A stretch of DNA of 64,000 nt. Source: Octopus bimaculoides. Lineage: Eukaryota. Under the pieces are notes generated by a model, which was not told the DNA's origin, searched no databases, and saw only the letters and a program-made list of their open reading frames with translations. Position numbers and translations under genes: made by a program. The first letter of the stretch is position 1; every line of letters begins with the position of its first letter. Positions 38,348-51,599 of the stretch are shown here, piece after piece. The stretch spans positions 48,850,270-48,914,269 of the forward strand of contig NC_068984.1 of NCBI RefSeq assembly GCF_001194135.2, written 5' to 3'.

Positions 38348-40213
38348 CATATATGGTGAGTAGTTTTATTATTATTATATGTATATTATTTCATTTGAAG
38401 TTGCATTCAAGTTAATCTTGCAATTATACTTCCTCGTCTCGTTAACTGAAATAACTGTCTGATTAATTTCTAATTTGAATAGACGGATAATATTAGTAAA
38501 TAGAACAAACATGGGCTAAATGGACGATATACTTATATAATTGAATCGGAGTTAGGTTATTTGATGAGATATCTGTGTAGAGTGTCAAATTAATTAATAT
38601 CCTTAGGGTGTGACAGAAGACTAAGTTTATTATGATAATTTAGACCATATTATCTCAAATTCTTTTCACAGATGTGCATTACAGACCCTACGATACATAT
38701 TCCTTGTCCTGTTCAAATATTTTTGCATAACTTATTCCGTGTAATTATGATTTAACTGTAAAATAGTTCATTGTGAAATGTTTGTTACATGATGACTAAT
38801 GCTGCAATATTTTCCCCCATTTTCATCATAATCTACCAAATGGCAATAGGTGAAATGTTGGATTTTTTAAATCATAACAATTGAATTTACCGAATTCTTC
38901 TAAGAATCTGTTCACTAATTTTTGTTGACATATATGATGATTGGTTTTATCATTATATTTTTCCCACGATTCCGAAATTTAACTTTTTTTTCCTTTGATG
39001 GATTACATTTGGCAAGGTGTTATTTATGACATAATGACTCATGAAGATTTACTTAAGATTTTCTATACATGCATGCTTATGTATCCTGCTGCAGCATTAG
39101 TGTGTTTGTGCATGTGTGCATATGATATTGTATGTTTGAGATGAGTAGCCACATTCCATTAGGGGCTGAAAAGCCTTCTACTCAAATTGTCTTCCTGCAG
39201 TATATATGATGTCAACTTAGCAGAGAGCAACATTCCCCAAATTATATGTAAGGAGGGGAAGGAATCATCATTTTATTTTACGAACCACTACTTCCACACA
39301 CTCTGTTACAGAAGAAAAATGCCATCACTGCTGATCCAAGGACCCATAAATATTTAAGGAACATTTTCATTCATTATACGGTAATCAAATAATCCAGCGA
39401 TACCCTTTTTACTGGTGGCCGTCAGGTCTTTATTGTAGGTCATGTTGTCCTTGTCCAAATGCTTAATACATAAAAGAAAAGTTCTATATTTTATAGTCAA
39501 CAAAGGTTTCTTTTCTTGGTGAGAAATTCACGGCTGCAATGACCATGTCATGTAACAATGTTGAAGGTCTGTCGTCGTCAATTCAGATAATAGATTCAGA
39601 ACACAGAGCAGAATGATGCAGTACAACTGTCACTTACAATATTAGTATTTTGAAATTATCGCAGTTTTTCTTGATGTATAAATACACAGCGAATTCTAAC
39701 CTTAGTTCTGAAATATGCACATGTAAGTACGTATGTATGTATGCATGTATGTATGTATGTATGTATGCATGTATGTATGTATTTATGTATCTACGTGTGA
39801 ATGCGTGCGTACGTATATGTGCATGCATTTATACGTATTTGTCTTGTTCAGATAAAAGACAGCGCATTTCAGATGTGAATAGCATTCTTGTGCAGGGCGT
39901 ATTGGAGTTAAATAAAATATTAACTGTAAACTGGATGTCATTCTCTTCTCTCCTCTCTTCGTCATAACACCTTTTACAAGAGATAGTTTATGTAAATATT
40001 TCGTATATCTCTATAAATATTTGTATAGTATTATTATTGTGTACGTATATAGATACATAAAAATATACACATATATACACACACATATATACATATCTGC
40101 GTGTCAGTCTACGTATATATATAAAGTCAGGTATGCATTTATATATTCATATGCACATATATGTGTGTGTAGATATATTTATGCACATATACTTTATATT
40201 TATATATATATGG

Positions 40214-40246
<33 letters not shown>

Positions 40247-41881
40247 CATAGATAGATACATAGAAAGATACAGAGAGAGAGAGAGAGGAATACATACATG
40301 CATATAAGCATATATATGTCATTGGTATTATATATNNNNNNNNNNNNNNNNNNNNNNNNNNNNNNNNNNNNNNNNNNNNNNNNNNNNNNNNNNNNNNNNN
40401 NNNNNNNNNNNNNNNNNNNNNNNNNNNNNNNNNNNNNNNNNNNNNNNNNNNNNNNNNNNNNNNNNNNNNNNNNNNNNNNNNNNNNNNNNNNNNNNNNNNN
40501 NNNNNNNNNNNNNNNNNNNNNNNNNNNNNNNNNNNNNNNNNNNNNNNNNNNNNNNNNNNNNNNNNNNNNNNNNNNNNNNNNNNNNNNNNNNNNNNNNNNN
40601 NNNNNNNNNNNNNNNNNNNNNNNNNNNNNNNNNNNNNNNNNNNNNNNNNNNNNNNNNNNNNNNNNNNNNNNNNNNNNNNNNNNNNNNNNNNNNNNNNNNN
40701 NNNNNNNNNNNNNNNNNNNNNNNNNNNNNNNNNNNNNNNNNNNNNNNNNNNNNNNNNNNNNTATATATATATATGCACATACATACATATATGTGTGTGT
40801 GTGTGTGTCCCCGATAAAAAAAGTGAAGAAGTATTAAGGAAAACAAATGTACGCTGAATGGAATAATCCTATTGACGAGCGCAAGAATCTGGTCCATTTA
40901 TATCTTAGGAAATTGATTTGATAGAATTTTATAACGAACTTTTATTGTTTCTTTCTAAAGATTTCCTCAACGTCACCTACTCCAATTAACTTCATATGAT
41001 CCTTTATTCTATTTACAATATCCCATTCTCTCTTCAGTTTGCTACAACACGAACAGTGTTGCCTACTGACTTCATCCTCTGATAATCTTACACTTGATTG
41101 TTACCCACTAGGGGATAATATATTTTATTGCATTGGCCACTGCTTCTACTCCCATCAGATCTTTCCATGATGTAATTTTTCGGTGAGTCTACAGTAAACA
41201 GGCATCGCATGTTATTATAACAGCATACATTGCATTACCTTGAATGGTGTTGCTGCATTATGTTGTAACATATTTTATTCCTATCGAAGTATGCTTGTAT
41301 GAATAAACATCTAACAATTCTGTTTTATTTTTCATCTGACTACAATAATATACCCCATCACTTGGTTATTATTTTCCCAACCTCTTTCGTTCTCCATGAA
41401 TGTATAAAACCTAGGTTTATATTACAGAACCGGTCCCAGCATACATGAATATACTTTTCGAACTGAAAGCAGTAAATATTCTCTTCGTTTCCACCGTAGT
41501 TCAGAAAGAAACTATGCTTCGAACGAACCAATTAAGGGATTCGATATCATGTTCCAGCTGAAGCAATTCTGCTATACTTCACTAACGTTGCTAAACAACC
41601 TCAGAATAGTTCGAACGTAATACAGTATTCTCTCTAAATATGAAATCCCTTTCCTATAGCATCAAGCAAAACGTTACATTGCCTCAACGCTATCAGATGT
41701 AAATATATTGTGATCATTATTAGGGAAACGCGTTGCTAATGAAGATTTCTTTTTAATGAAAATCTGAAGAAAATTAGAAAATGTGTCCTAAATTTCTAAC
41801 CTTATAATTATTGTAGAATAGGAAATCAGATCTGTTATTTTAAATTTAAAAACCGTTCATTATTAATGGTTTACTTTTGTA

Positions 41882-42095
41882 CGATAGGGTGCAGAAAAGT
41901 TCCGGGTTTTTAAGGTATCTCGAAAGGCCTGGCTAGAGGCCCTACTTTCTGAGTTCTTTTACAGAGCTTAGAAAAACTAAAGTGCCGCTGCATTAAACGT
42001 GTGAACCTGAAAGGTGAATATGTTGCATAACTCACGGATCCTCCTGTATTTTCCTTCCTTTTACCTAAAGCTAGGGACTTGTCAGCACCCCTTCG
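41882..42095 (+). mobile_element. Internally deleted mariner derivative (MITE-like), ~214 bp
   Basis: TA at 41880-41881 and 42096-42097. Imperfect TIRs cgatagggtgcagaaaagttcc versus revcomp cgaaggggtgctgacaagtccc. Retains the transposase C-terminus RCIKRVNLKGEYVA* (cf. RW.KCV...GEYVEK*). Confidence 0.8.
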
Positions 42096-42674
42096 TAAAT
42101 TGTACAATATCTACAATCTCTGCACGTATTTCCAACTTAGATAGACTGACACGTTTATAGTCAAAGATTTTGCTCAAAGTCATATTATTTAAAAATAATT
42201 TTCAATATACATAGCCCCAGCTATTGATTGAGAATCAGTAAAAGCAAATCCTACGTGTAAGGAAAATATATCACTTAGTCAGAAACCAGCTGCATGCTCC
42301 GTCAAGGCCCCGGTTGAAACCAATAAAAGAATAAAAGAATATAGATATGCATATACATACACACATATAGATACATGTGTCAATGTGTGTATCTACAATA
42401 TATATCTCTGGAAACAGGTGATGTTTGCTGACAAGAAGAGCATCCGGTCACAGTAAATATGACTGAAACTTCGACTCATGCTTTTATGCGAGTGATGTAT
42501 GTGTGTGTTGTGGGGGGGGGGGGTCTGTGTCTGTGTATATGTGTGTGTGTGTGTCTGTCTGTGTCTGTGTGTACATGTGCATATCCATATGCTACTTGAA
42601 ACACCGACACACTTAAACATATATTCACAAACGTATAAAAATACTTCTAGTGTCTAATGTCTACTTTTCGAAAT

Positions 42675-43860
42675 AATGCGTGACAAGTTACACAAAACCC
42701 ATTTACCCAAAGGTACGAACAGGGAGGAAATGGAAAGCAGAAGAAGCAGTAAACAGCACGATTGGAAAGCTAAGGCATGCCAATATAGTCTGAGCGACGC
42801 AAGAAGCAAGAGCCAGTGGAGGGTGGCACAATTGCAAACCATTTTGCACGAGCAGTGTAAAAAAAGATGTAGGAGACAGTGGTACAGGAATTGAGAAAGG
42901 TAGAAAAAGAAAGACAAAATGTACAATTGGTGCAATGTAGTCATCAGGGACAGTGCCTGAGATGGGAGGAATATGTGATCAGTTGGAGAACCTCATGGAA
43001 GGAACTTTAGGCTTAGGAACAAGCAAAAACATCCTTCCTGGTCAAATCTACCTTCGACAGTTTGACTTCACCGGCTAATTTAGTCAGGTGGACCATACAG
43101 ACGACTGAAGAATGTAGATGCGGAGAGAAAGCGACAGTGAGACATGTTCTGTCAAACTACAGGCTAGCACAAGACATTATACATGGCGTCACAATCAAGT
43201 CCACGGTGTTATAAACTCAGCACCCAAGGAGAAGATCGAGGGATATAATAGGGGAGAATACCCGAAAGTGGAAAAACGCGGACGGATATAATTCCAGAAA
43301 GAGGGAACAGGACATATGACCATGCCTTCAAAAAAAGTATACGCGATAGACGAAAGACGGAAGGGATACTGAGAGCTGGCCGTGGATTTAGGAAGATTGC
43401 TAATATTTCCACTCATAAAAACAACAAAAGGACCTGAGTTTATCCTATGGAACACAGAACGAGAAGTTGCTATTTTGCTAGAGCTGACAATGTCATCGGA
43501 AGTGAACATCGCTTTATGCAGAGCAATGGATGCAGGGGAGGTATGAGAGATTAATCGAGGAGTGCAGGGAACAGGGGTGAACGGTCGAGTATTAACCCCT
43601 GGCAGTGGGGGCTAGAGGCTTCTTTGAAAGGAAAATGGCGACGTTATTTAAAAGGTTTGCATTTTCGCGTTCAGAGCTGAGAAGAGAGAGGATACAGGAG
43701 GCCGTACACAAAGCCAGCTTCTATATATGGCTGAAACGGGAAGACCCGAAATGGCTCAAAATCCATACATGCCAAATGGGAAATAGCAACGCTAGGTGAG
43801 GTTGCCTGGCATCTAAGCAGCGTTGTTGCTTGGCAGGTGGGTCAAGGGAACTATTTCGTT
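42675..43860 (+). mobile_element. HERO-like RLE-type non-LTR retrotransposon, 3' portion, degraded
   Basis: QGQCLRWE..SFLVKSTFDSLTSPANLVRW..CRCGEKATVRHVLS..YTWRHNQV (CCHC); GPEFILWN..ILLELT..GRYERLIEECREQG..PLAVGARGF..KASFYIWLKR (PD-D/E RLE). Family call from remembered motifs. Confidence 0.8.
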
Positions 43861-44597
43861 CATTGCGTGCCTCTCTCTCCGATTGTTCGAAGGCTTGCAC
43901 TCCCAGACAGCTAGTCGGCTCTGGCTGCTGGAGCCTGCCGGCGAGTATATAGAGGCAAATTTGGCAGGGTGGTCATTCGCCCGCTGACATTCGTTTACGC
44001 TGCATCGAAGAAGCCAAAGAATAAAGGGACAAAGAAAAAAGAAAAAAATGCACTCAACGCCAGAGCTGAAGACACCTCCGAAAGGTGGGGCCCCGCCACG
44101 TCAAAAATGGTAGAGGAATAGGGGCCGAAACAGGACGTGGTTTCTCCTGATTATGTTCTTAGCCACTGGATCCTATAAAGGAGCTGTTGAGGTAGCGAAC
44201 CATGAAACGTGGTTGGAATTCATACGTAATATGCTTTGGATTCTAAAGTTACCGAAATAATTCTAACCAATATTAAGCTTATTCGATATTCATATGAATG
44301 TCATGATTCTTATTCTACAAAGATACATACACACATATATACATACACAGGAATATACGTTAATACATACATGCACGCACACTCACACTTGCGTATTTAG
44401 TGGCTATTCAAAAATTAAATAAATATGTACACTAAAGTCACAAACTATACAATATTAAAATTTATATATACACACGCACATACATACATACATACATACA
44501 TGCAAGCATGCATGCATAAAATACGCGACCGACAATGGCTTAATCGGCCGAAACTTCGAAGTCACTCTCAGAAATGTTCTTGTTTAAGAATAATAAA

Positions 44598-44631
<34 letters not shown>

Positions 44632-44832
44632 NNNNNNNNNNNNNNNNNNNNNNNNNNNNNNNNNNNNNNNNNNNNNNNNNNNNNNNNNNNNNNNNNNNNN
44701 NNNNNNNNNNNNNNNNNNNNNNNNNNNNNNNNNNNNNNNNNNNNNNNNNNNNNNNNNNNNNNNNNNNNNNNNNNNNNNGAGAGAGAGAGAGAGAGAGAGG
44801 TAGATAGATAAATAGATAGATAGATACATACA

Positions 44833-44866
<34 letters not shown>

Positions 44867-46450
44867 GAAACCTACAAAAATATTATACTCATAGAAACAC
44901 ACATGCTAGTAGATCATAGCAACCGGTAAATATAAAGACAAATAAAATATATAAATGACAGGGGTTTAAATAAATATAAGGAAATATGAAAATGGTGCAT
45001 AAATAATTAAATATATGTACATATGAAGAAACAAGATTTAATAAAGAAATACAACAAAAGAAAAATGGAACGAAATGCAGTTAGAACTTACGTCACTTAT
45101 GCACTTATGTATGAAAAGGAATAATATTTTATATGCGGTAAGTATTTGAGAACGTTATTCGAGACGTACATGAGTACAGATATATATATAAAATGTATGT
45201 ATATATGTACGTACACACGTACGTATATTTGTATACACGTATATATGTATGCACGTATGTATATATATATATATATNNNNNNNNNNNNNNNNNNNNNNNN
45301 NNNNNNNNNNNNNNNNNNNNNNNNNNNNNNNNNNNNNNNNNNNNNNNNNNNNNNNNNNNNNNNNNNNNNNNNNNNNNNNNNNNNNNNNNNNNNNNNNNNN
45401 NNNNNNNNNNNNNNNNNNNNNNNNNNNNNNNNNNNNNNNNNNNNNNNNNNNNNNNNNNNNNNNNNNNNNNNNNNNNNNNNNNNNNNNNNNNNNNNNNNNN
45501 NNNNNNNNNNNNNNNNNNNNNNNNNNNNNNNNNNNNNNNNNNNNNNNNNNNNNNNNNNNNNNNNNNNNNNNNNNNNNNNNNNNNNNNNNNNNNNNNNNNN
45601 NNNNNNNNNNNNNNNNNNNNNNNNNNNNNNNNNNNNNNNNNNNNNNNNNNNNNNNNNNNNNNNNNNNNNNNNNNNNNNNNNNNNNNNNNNNNNNNNNNNN
45701 NNNNNNNNNNNNNNNNNNNNNNNNNNNNNNNNNNNNNNNNNNNNNNNNNNNNNNNNNNNNNNNNNNNNNNNNNNNNNNNNNNNNNNNNNNNNNNNNNNNN
45801 NNNNNNNNNNNNNNNNNNNNNNNNNNNNNNNNNNNNNNNNNNNNNNNNNNNNNNNNNNNNNNNNNNNNNNNNNNNNNNNNNNNNNNNNNNNNNNNNNNNN
45901 NNNNNNNNNNNNNNNNNNNNNNNNNNNNNNNNNNNNNNNNNNNNNNNNNNNNNNNNNNNNNNNNNNNNNNNNNNNNNNNNNNNNNNNNNNNNNNNNNNNN
46001 NNNNNNNNNNNNNNNNNNNNNNNNNNNNNNNNNNNNNNNNNNNNNNNNNNNNNNNNNNNNNNNNNNNNNNNNNNNNNNNNNNNNNNNNNNNNNNNNNNNN
46101 NNNNNNNNNNNNNNNNNNNNNNNNNNNNNNNNNNNNNNNNNNNNNNNNNNNNNNNNNNNNNNNNNNNNNNNNNNNNNNNNNNNNATATATATACAGACCT
46201 ACAGTGATAAATATGTGTAACTAATAAACTTGAGATATTCTGCAAACACACATAAATTAGCATATACACACACAACGCTCACACACATATACCCATGTGT
46301 AAAAAATATGCAAATTTCTCTTTTTCGTTCGCTTTCGACACACGCGCGCACGCGTACTTACAGAAATATGTGTGTATGTTTGTTTATATGTCTATATATA
46401 TATATAGTTGGAATTTACAAAAAACAAAAGACGAAGAATATATATATATA

Positions 46451-46633
46451 TATACAAAACAAGAGTGATGGGGATAAGATTAATAAAATTTTATTAACCT
46501 TGACAAGACCAGACCGACAATTGTTTCAGTTCATCACTTGGAGCAAGTGATGAATTGAAACAATTGTAGGTTTGGTGTTGTCAATGTTAATAAACTTTTA
46601 TTAATCTAAACTCCATCTCTCCTGTTTTATATA
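46451..46633. repeat. 183-bp fold-back inverted repeat (90-bp arms, 3-nt loop); possible palindromic MITE
   Basis: Positions pair with constant coordinate sum 93084 (no indels): 78 Watson-Crick, 3 G:T and 9 mismatches by manual count; flanked by TA-rich sequence. Confidence 0.9.
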
Positions 46634-46772
46634 ATATTCATAATACTATATATGTATGAACCTGCTTTGATAGGCATTCAATCAATCTAATCTTGCATAT
46701 TTTTATACTCCCGAGATTTATATCTTCATTTGTACCTTGATATATATGTATGTATATATGTATGGATGTATG

Positions 46773-46856
<84 letters not shown>

Positions 46857-46992
46857 TAAACAAAAAATGAGACAGACTGATAGACACACAAACAAAGTCT
46901 GCCAAGAATGAACATGTATATTTGAATATAATCAGATAGTGCACATACAATACCACATGCACATACATACATATACACACACACTCACGCTG

Positions 46993-47023
<31 letters not shown>

Positions 47024-48701
47024 NNNNNNNNNNNNNNNNNNNNNNNNNNNNNNNNNNNNNNNNNNNNNNNNNNNNNNNNNNNNNNNNNNNNNNNNNNNNN
47101 NNNNNNNNNNNNNNNNNNNNNNNNNNNNNNNNNNNNNNNNNNNNNNNNNNNNNNNNNNNNNNNNNNNNNNNNNNNNNNNNNNNNNNNNNNNNNNNNNNNN
47201 NNNNNNNNNNNNNNNNNNNNNNNNNNNNNNNNNNNNNNNNNNNNNNNNNNNNNNNNNNNNNNNNNNNNNNNNNNNNNNNNNNNNNNNNNNNNNNNNNNNN
47301 NNNNNNNNNNNNNNNNNNNNNNNNNNNNNNNNNNNNNNNNNNNNNNNNNNNNNNNNNNNNNNNNNNNNNNNNNNNNNNNNNNNNNNNNNNNNNNNNNNNN
47401 NNNNNNNNNNNNNNNNNNNNNNNNNNNNNNNNNNNNNNNNNNNNNNNNNNNNNNNNNNNNNNNNNNNNNNNNNNNNNNNNNNNNNNNNNNNNNNNNNNNN
47501 NNNNNNNNNNNNNNNNNNNNNNNNNNNNNNNNNNNNNNNNNNNNNNNNNNNNNNNNNNNNNNNNNNNNNNNNNNNNNNNNNNNNNNNNNNNNNNNNNNNN
47601 NNNNNNNNNNNATATATATATATATATATATATAAATGCATATGCATGTTTGCACATGTTTGTGAGTGCTTATGTGTGTAAAACTGCAAAGCAATCGTTG
47701 AAGGAGACCCTAATTTTCCTCTAAGAAACCCTACTAGATGGGCTATTGTTTATCCTAACGGGATCATACTGCTTTTATTTTCTCTGTAGATGCGTACAAA
47801 TTTTACTGCAAATTTCATGGCGGAGAAATATTCAATCTATTACTAAGAGATTCACCTCCATCACGCATTTACTTTTTACCAATTACATTTTATTTGGTAT
47901 TTGTAATTGGTATGTTAATATTCCTCTCAGTTTACTCAAGAAAGTGATCGATACTGCACAATTTGGCGCACACAGTGTACCGTATTTTTTTTTTTTTTTT
48001 TTAGCCAGAAAAATAAACTTAAGTTTACTTTTCTAAGTGTCTTTTGCTAAGGAAAACTTATCACACTACCGTCGACGTCAGCCGTGGAGTAGCCATCTGA
48101 TCATGTTAGTACAAAATTACAAAATGAAATAAAAACAAAATTACTTATGCTTAAGTTTGGACTATACAGTAAAGGCTGTCTTCTTAAGCTTTCTCGTGTC
48201 AAAAAAAAAAATACGCAGTGCAAATAAATACGAACAGCTTCCTTTGTTTTTGAGTATATAATCTTTCAATAACTATCGCAAGAAACGCTTATTGTATTTA
48301 TTTCCTGAGTGCTAGCTTTTCTAATGGCTTAGACTTTACATTTCATAAACTTTGTGATTCTTTATGTTATCTCCTAAGGATTCTTTATGTTATCCTCTAA
48401 GATGCTTTGTTAGTAACTCATTTGAAATAGTTTCTTTTGGTTAACCAATATTTCTGCTAATGAACTCATTTACAAAGATACTTTACACTATTGTAATGTG
48501 GGTGGAGGATATAGCTGGTTTATATTAGTAAGGTCAATATATCTCCACCATAGGTGAAAGCATCTTAACTGGAGTTATATGTTGGTATCATCTTCTGTTC
48601 ACTTTAGAAGACTCCAGACCAAATAATAAATATTAATCAATTTATGTTCTATATCGATACCAACGCATCTTTTCTAAAATGAACTGAGCTATGGACTACA
48701 A

Positions 48702-48934
48702 CAGTTGTTCTCAACTGGGTTCCATATGTTCCTAGGAGATACGTATAAGATTTTGTTTTAAAATTTATCTGAGGTTAATTGGTTATACAATTTTTTAATA
48801 TAATTTCTAATATTTAATTATAAATATATATGACATTTTAAACAACGAATAGCTAGGCGGTGGGGTCAATCCGAGTAAAATAGGAATCGAAGGGGTCCAT
48901 AAGTAAAAAAAAAAAAAATAGTTGAGAAACTCTG
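48702..48934. mobile_element. hAT-type MITE, 233 bp
   Basis: TIRs cagttgttctcaact / agttgagaaactctg (12/15 match); 8-bp flanks gactacaa / ggctacat (6/8), consistent with a decayed hAT TSD. Confidence 0.7.
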
Positions 48935-51444
48935 GGCTACATTAATCCGACCCTCTTTTGTGTTTCTTGCTCTGATATAGGTTTATTTGGAACTCTGGAC
49001 ACCAAGAAGTCAGTTGGTTCTTGAAAAATCCAACCACTATTCCATTGAGATTCCCCATGCGTATATCACGTATATGTGTGCATGTTTTGTGTGTATGTAT
49101 ATTCTGCGTATAAAAATGCATATACACTCATATACGCATTTATATNNNNNNNNNNNNNNNNNNNNNNNNNNNNNNNNNNNNNNNNNNNNNNNNNNNNNNN
49201 NNNNNNNNNNNNNNNNNNNNNNNNNNNNNNNNNNNNNNNNNNNNNNNNNNNNNNNNNNNNNNNNNNNNNNNNNNNNNNNNNNNNNNNNNNNNNNNNNNNN
49301 NNNNNNNNNNNNNNNNNNNNNNNNNNNNNNNNNNNNNNNNNNNNNNNNNNNNNNNNNNNNNNNNNNNNNNNNNNNNNNNNNNNNNNNNNNNNNNNNNNNN
49401 NNNNNNNNNNNNNNNNNNNNNNNNNNNNNNNNNNNNNNNNNNNNNNNNNNNNNNNNNNNNNNNNNNNNNNNNNNNNNNNNNNNNNNNNNNNNNNNNNNNN
49501 NNNNNNNNNNNNNNNNNNNNNNNNNNNNNNNNNNNNNNNNNNNNNNNNNNNNNNNNNNNNNNNNNNNNNNNNNNNNNNNNNNNNNNNNNNNNNNNNNNNN
49601 NNNNNNNNNNNNNNNNNNNNNNNNNNNNNNNNNNNNNNNNNNNNNNNNNNNNNNNNNNNNNNNNNNNNNNNNNNNNNNNNNNNNNNNNNNNNNNNNNNNN
49701 NNNNNNNNNNNNNNNNNNNNNNNNNNNNNNNNNNNNNNNNNNNNNNNNNNNNNNNNNNNNNNNNNNNNNNNNNNNNNNNNNNNNNNNNNNNNNNNNNNNN
49801 NNNNNNNNNNNNNNNNTATATATATATATATATATATCGTTTCCTTGTACTTATAATTTTTGTCCAGTATTTTGACAATGATAGATAAATGTCATCTGCT
49901 TTGCTTTCCTATTAACAAAGCGTTAGTGTTTTTCAGAAAGCTTTAACAATTCAATATATTCTATTCTCTGTTGCTGATGTGTTGGTGGTCGTCAGTTTGA
50001 GACTGATTAAGCACCATATCGACCCTCTTTAACAATTTCTGTGATAAAAATTTCCAGATATGACCATACTGTCTGCTTTCCTTTGCAAGCAAGTAATTGT
50101 TCAGCACCATCCATATTAAATATGCCTATGTTATTCAAGATACATTAAAACTAGTATTGTAATGTTCAATGTTTCAATTATTTCTTCAGTGAAATTATAT
50201 TGATATAATCTAAATTTGGCTACGATTTTCATATTGAATGATCGCATCGAATCATAACATTTTAGGTTATGTTATGAAGATAAGCATTACTATTACGGCT
50301 TCAGCTTGAAGCGAAGGATGTACGTATGTGCCTGAGAAATTGCCGTTCATTTATATATTCATTTAGCTAGAGTAATTCAGTTGAATGAATGACTGAATGA
50401 ATCCTTGTTTTCAAACAACGGAACTATACGACTACCAGCGCCTCATGTGTGTATTTACATATATGTTAATTACTTGTAGGGACACTGTATTTCGTTATGC
50501 AGTCAAATATATAATTAGAACTATATTAAATGCTTTATTAGTCAATACTGTGACTTACTTTGTTAGAAGTGCTATTAAATCACATGTTAAGGTTATCTCA
50601 GCACTGATTTGTTACTTTTCGTTTCCGAAAACGTCTAATGTAGACAACAGTGCGATAGAAGATGGGAAAACAGGTAATAGGTATATATGCTTATTTCAAG
50701 AGTTCGTGCTCCATTTTTAGCACCACATTGAACTCATTTATCATCCACGAACACATTGCATAACAAAATACTCTGTCTCTACAAGTAATTACAGCTGCCA
50801 GGAATGTCTTTAATATATAAAATTAGAATACATCGTTATATTTAGAGGTAATCTAAGCAACGAGATCGTGAATAGCTGACTGGCTGGATGTAATGCTGAA
50901 GAAGGAGCAAGACCTGAAATATGCATATATACCCATTTCTTATCTTTCCATCTTCGATCGCATTGTTGTTTGCATTAGACATATTCGGATACGAAACGAC
51001 GTGACAAATCAGTGTTGGCTATAGTTTCTACAGAAAATCTGTAGAGATAACTTTAACATGTCATAAAGACATTTCTCAAAAATGTCACCTAACGAATACG
51101 TAACATAGAATAATGCCACGCGGCTTATGATAACTCAAACAAAACTATTGAATTAGAAGACAACGCAAGAAATATTTGTGATAAACGACTATGAAAAGAA
51201 TGTGAGCAGTAGCATAAGCCCCGCTTATAATGTGGATTTGACTAGTATCTACCAGGCTTGTGACACTAACAGTTCATTATCCGTATGTAGATGCATCACG
51301 CATTCTAATATTTATAAAGAAAAAAAAGACAGAAAAGCGAAGTTGCTTACTTATCAATCCATCATGACCATTTGATTCCAGCATTGTAAAGAAAGAGGGG
51401 AAAATATATATATAATTCCCTAAAATCTGATATAGGAAGAATTT

Positions 51445-51592
51445 GGAAATCTTATAATAATTGGTGCACTGGGAATTAAGCCAAGATATAGAATAATGGC
51501 CGAGGTAGGTTGAACTAGAATTCCCGTACAGATCCTACACAAAATTTGTGTCTTAGGGACAGCAAGGATTATCAGGAGGGTGCTACGCACTT
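51445..51592 (+). mobile_element. R4/Dong-like LINE, extreme ORF 3' end
   Basis: IIIGALGIK..IPVQILHKICVLGTARIIRRVLRT*. Confidence 0.8.
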
Positions 51593-51599
51593 GAAAGAC

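Noticed and set aside
21115-49888. Long ORFs of 130-390 aa in the track (e.g. 37011-38057, 45097-46275, 46726-47694)
   Set aside because: They are made of N-gaps read as X plus (TA)/(CA)/(GA) microsatellites; not genes.
50890-50935. CTGAAGA-AGG..CCT-GAAA-TATGCATAT hammerhead-like string
   Set aside because: Stem II is only 3 bp and A:U-closed, stem I does not pair; expected by chance in AT-rich DNA.
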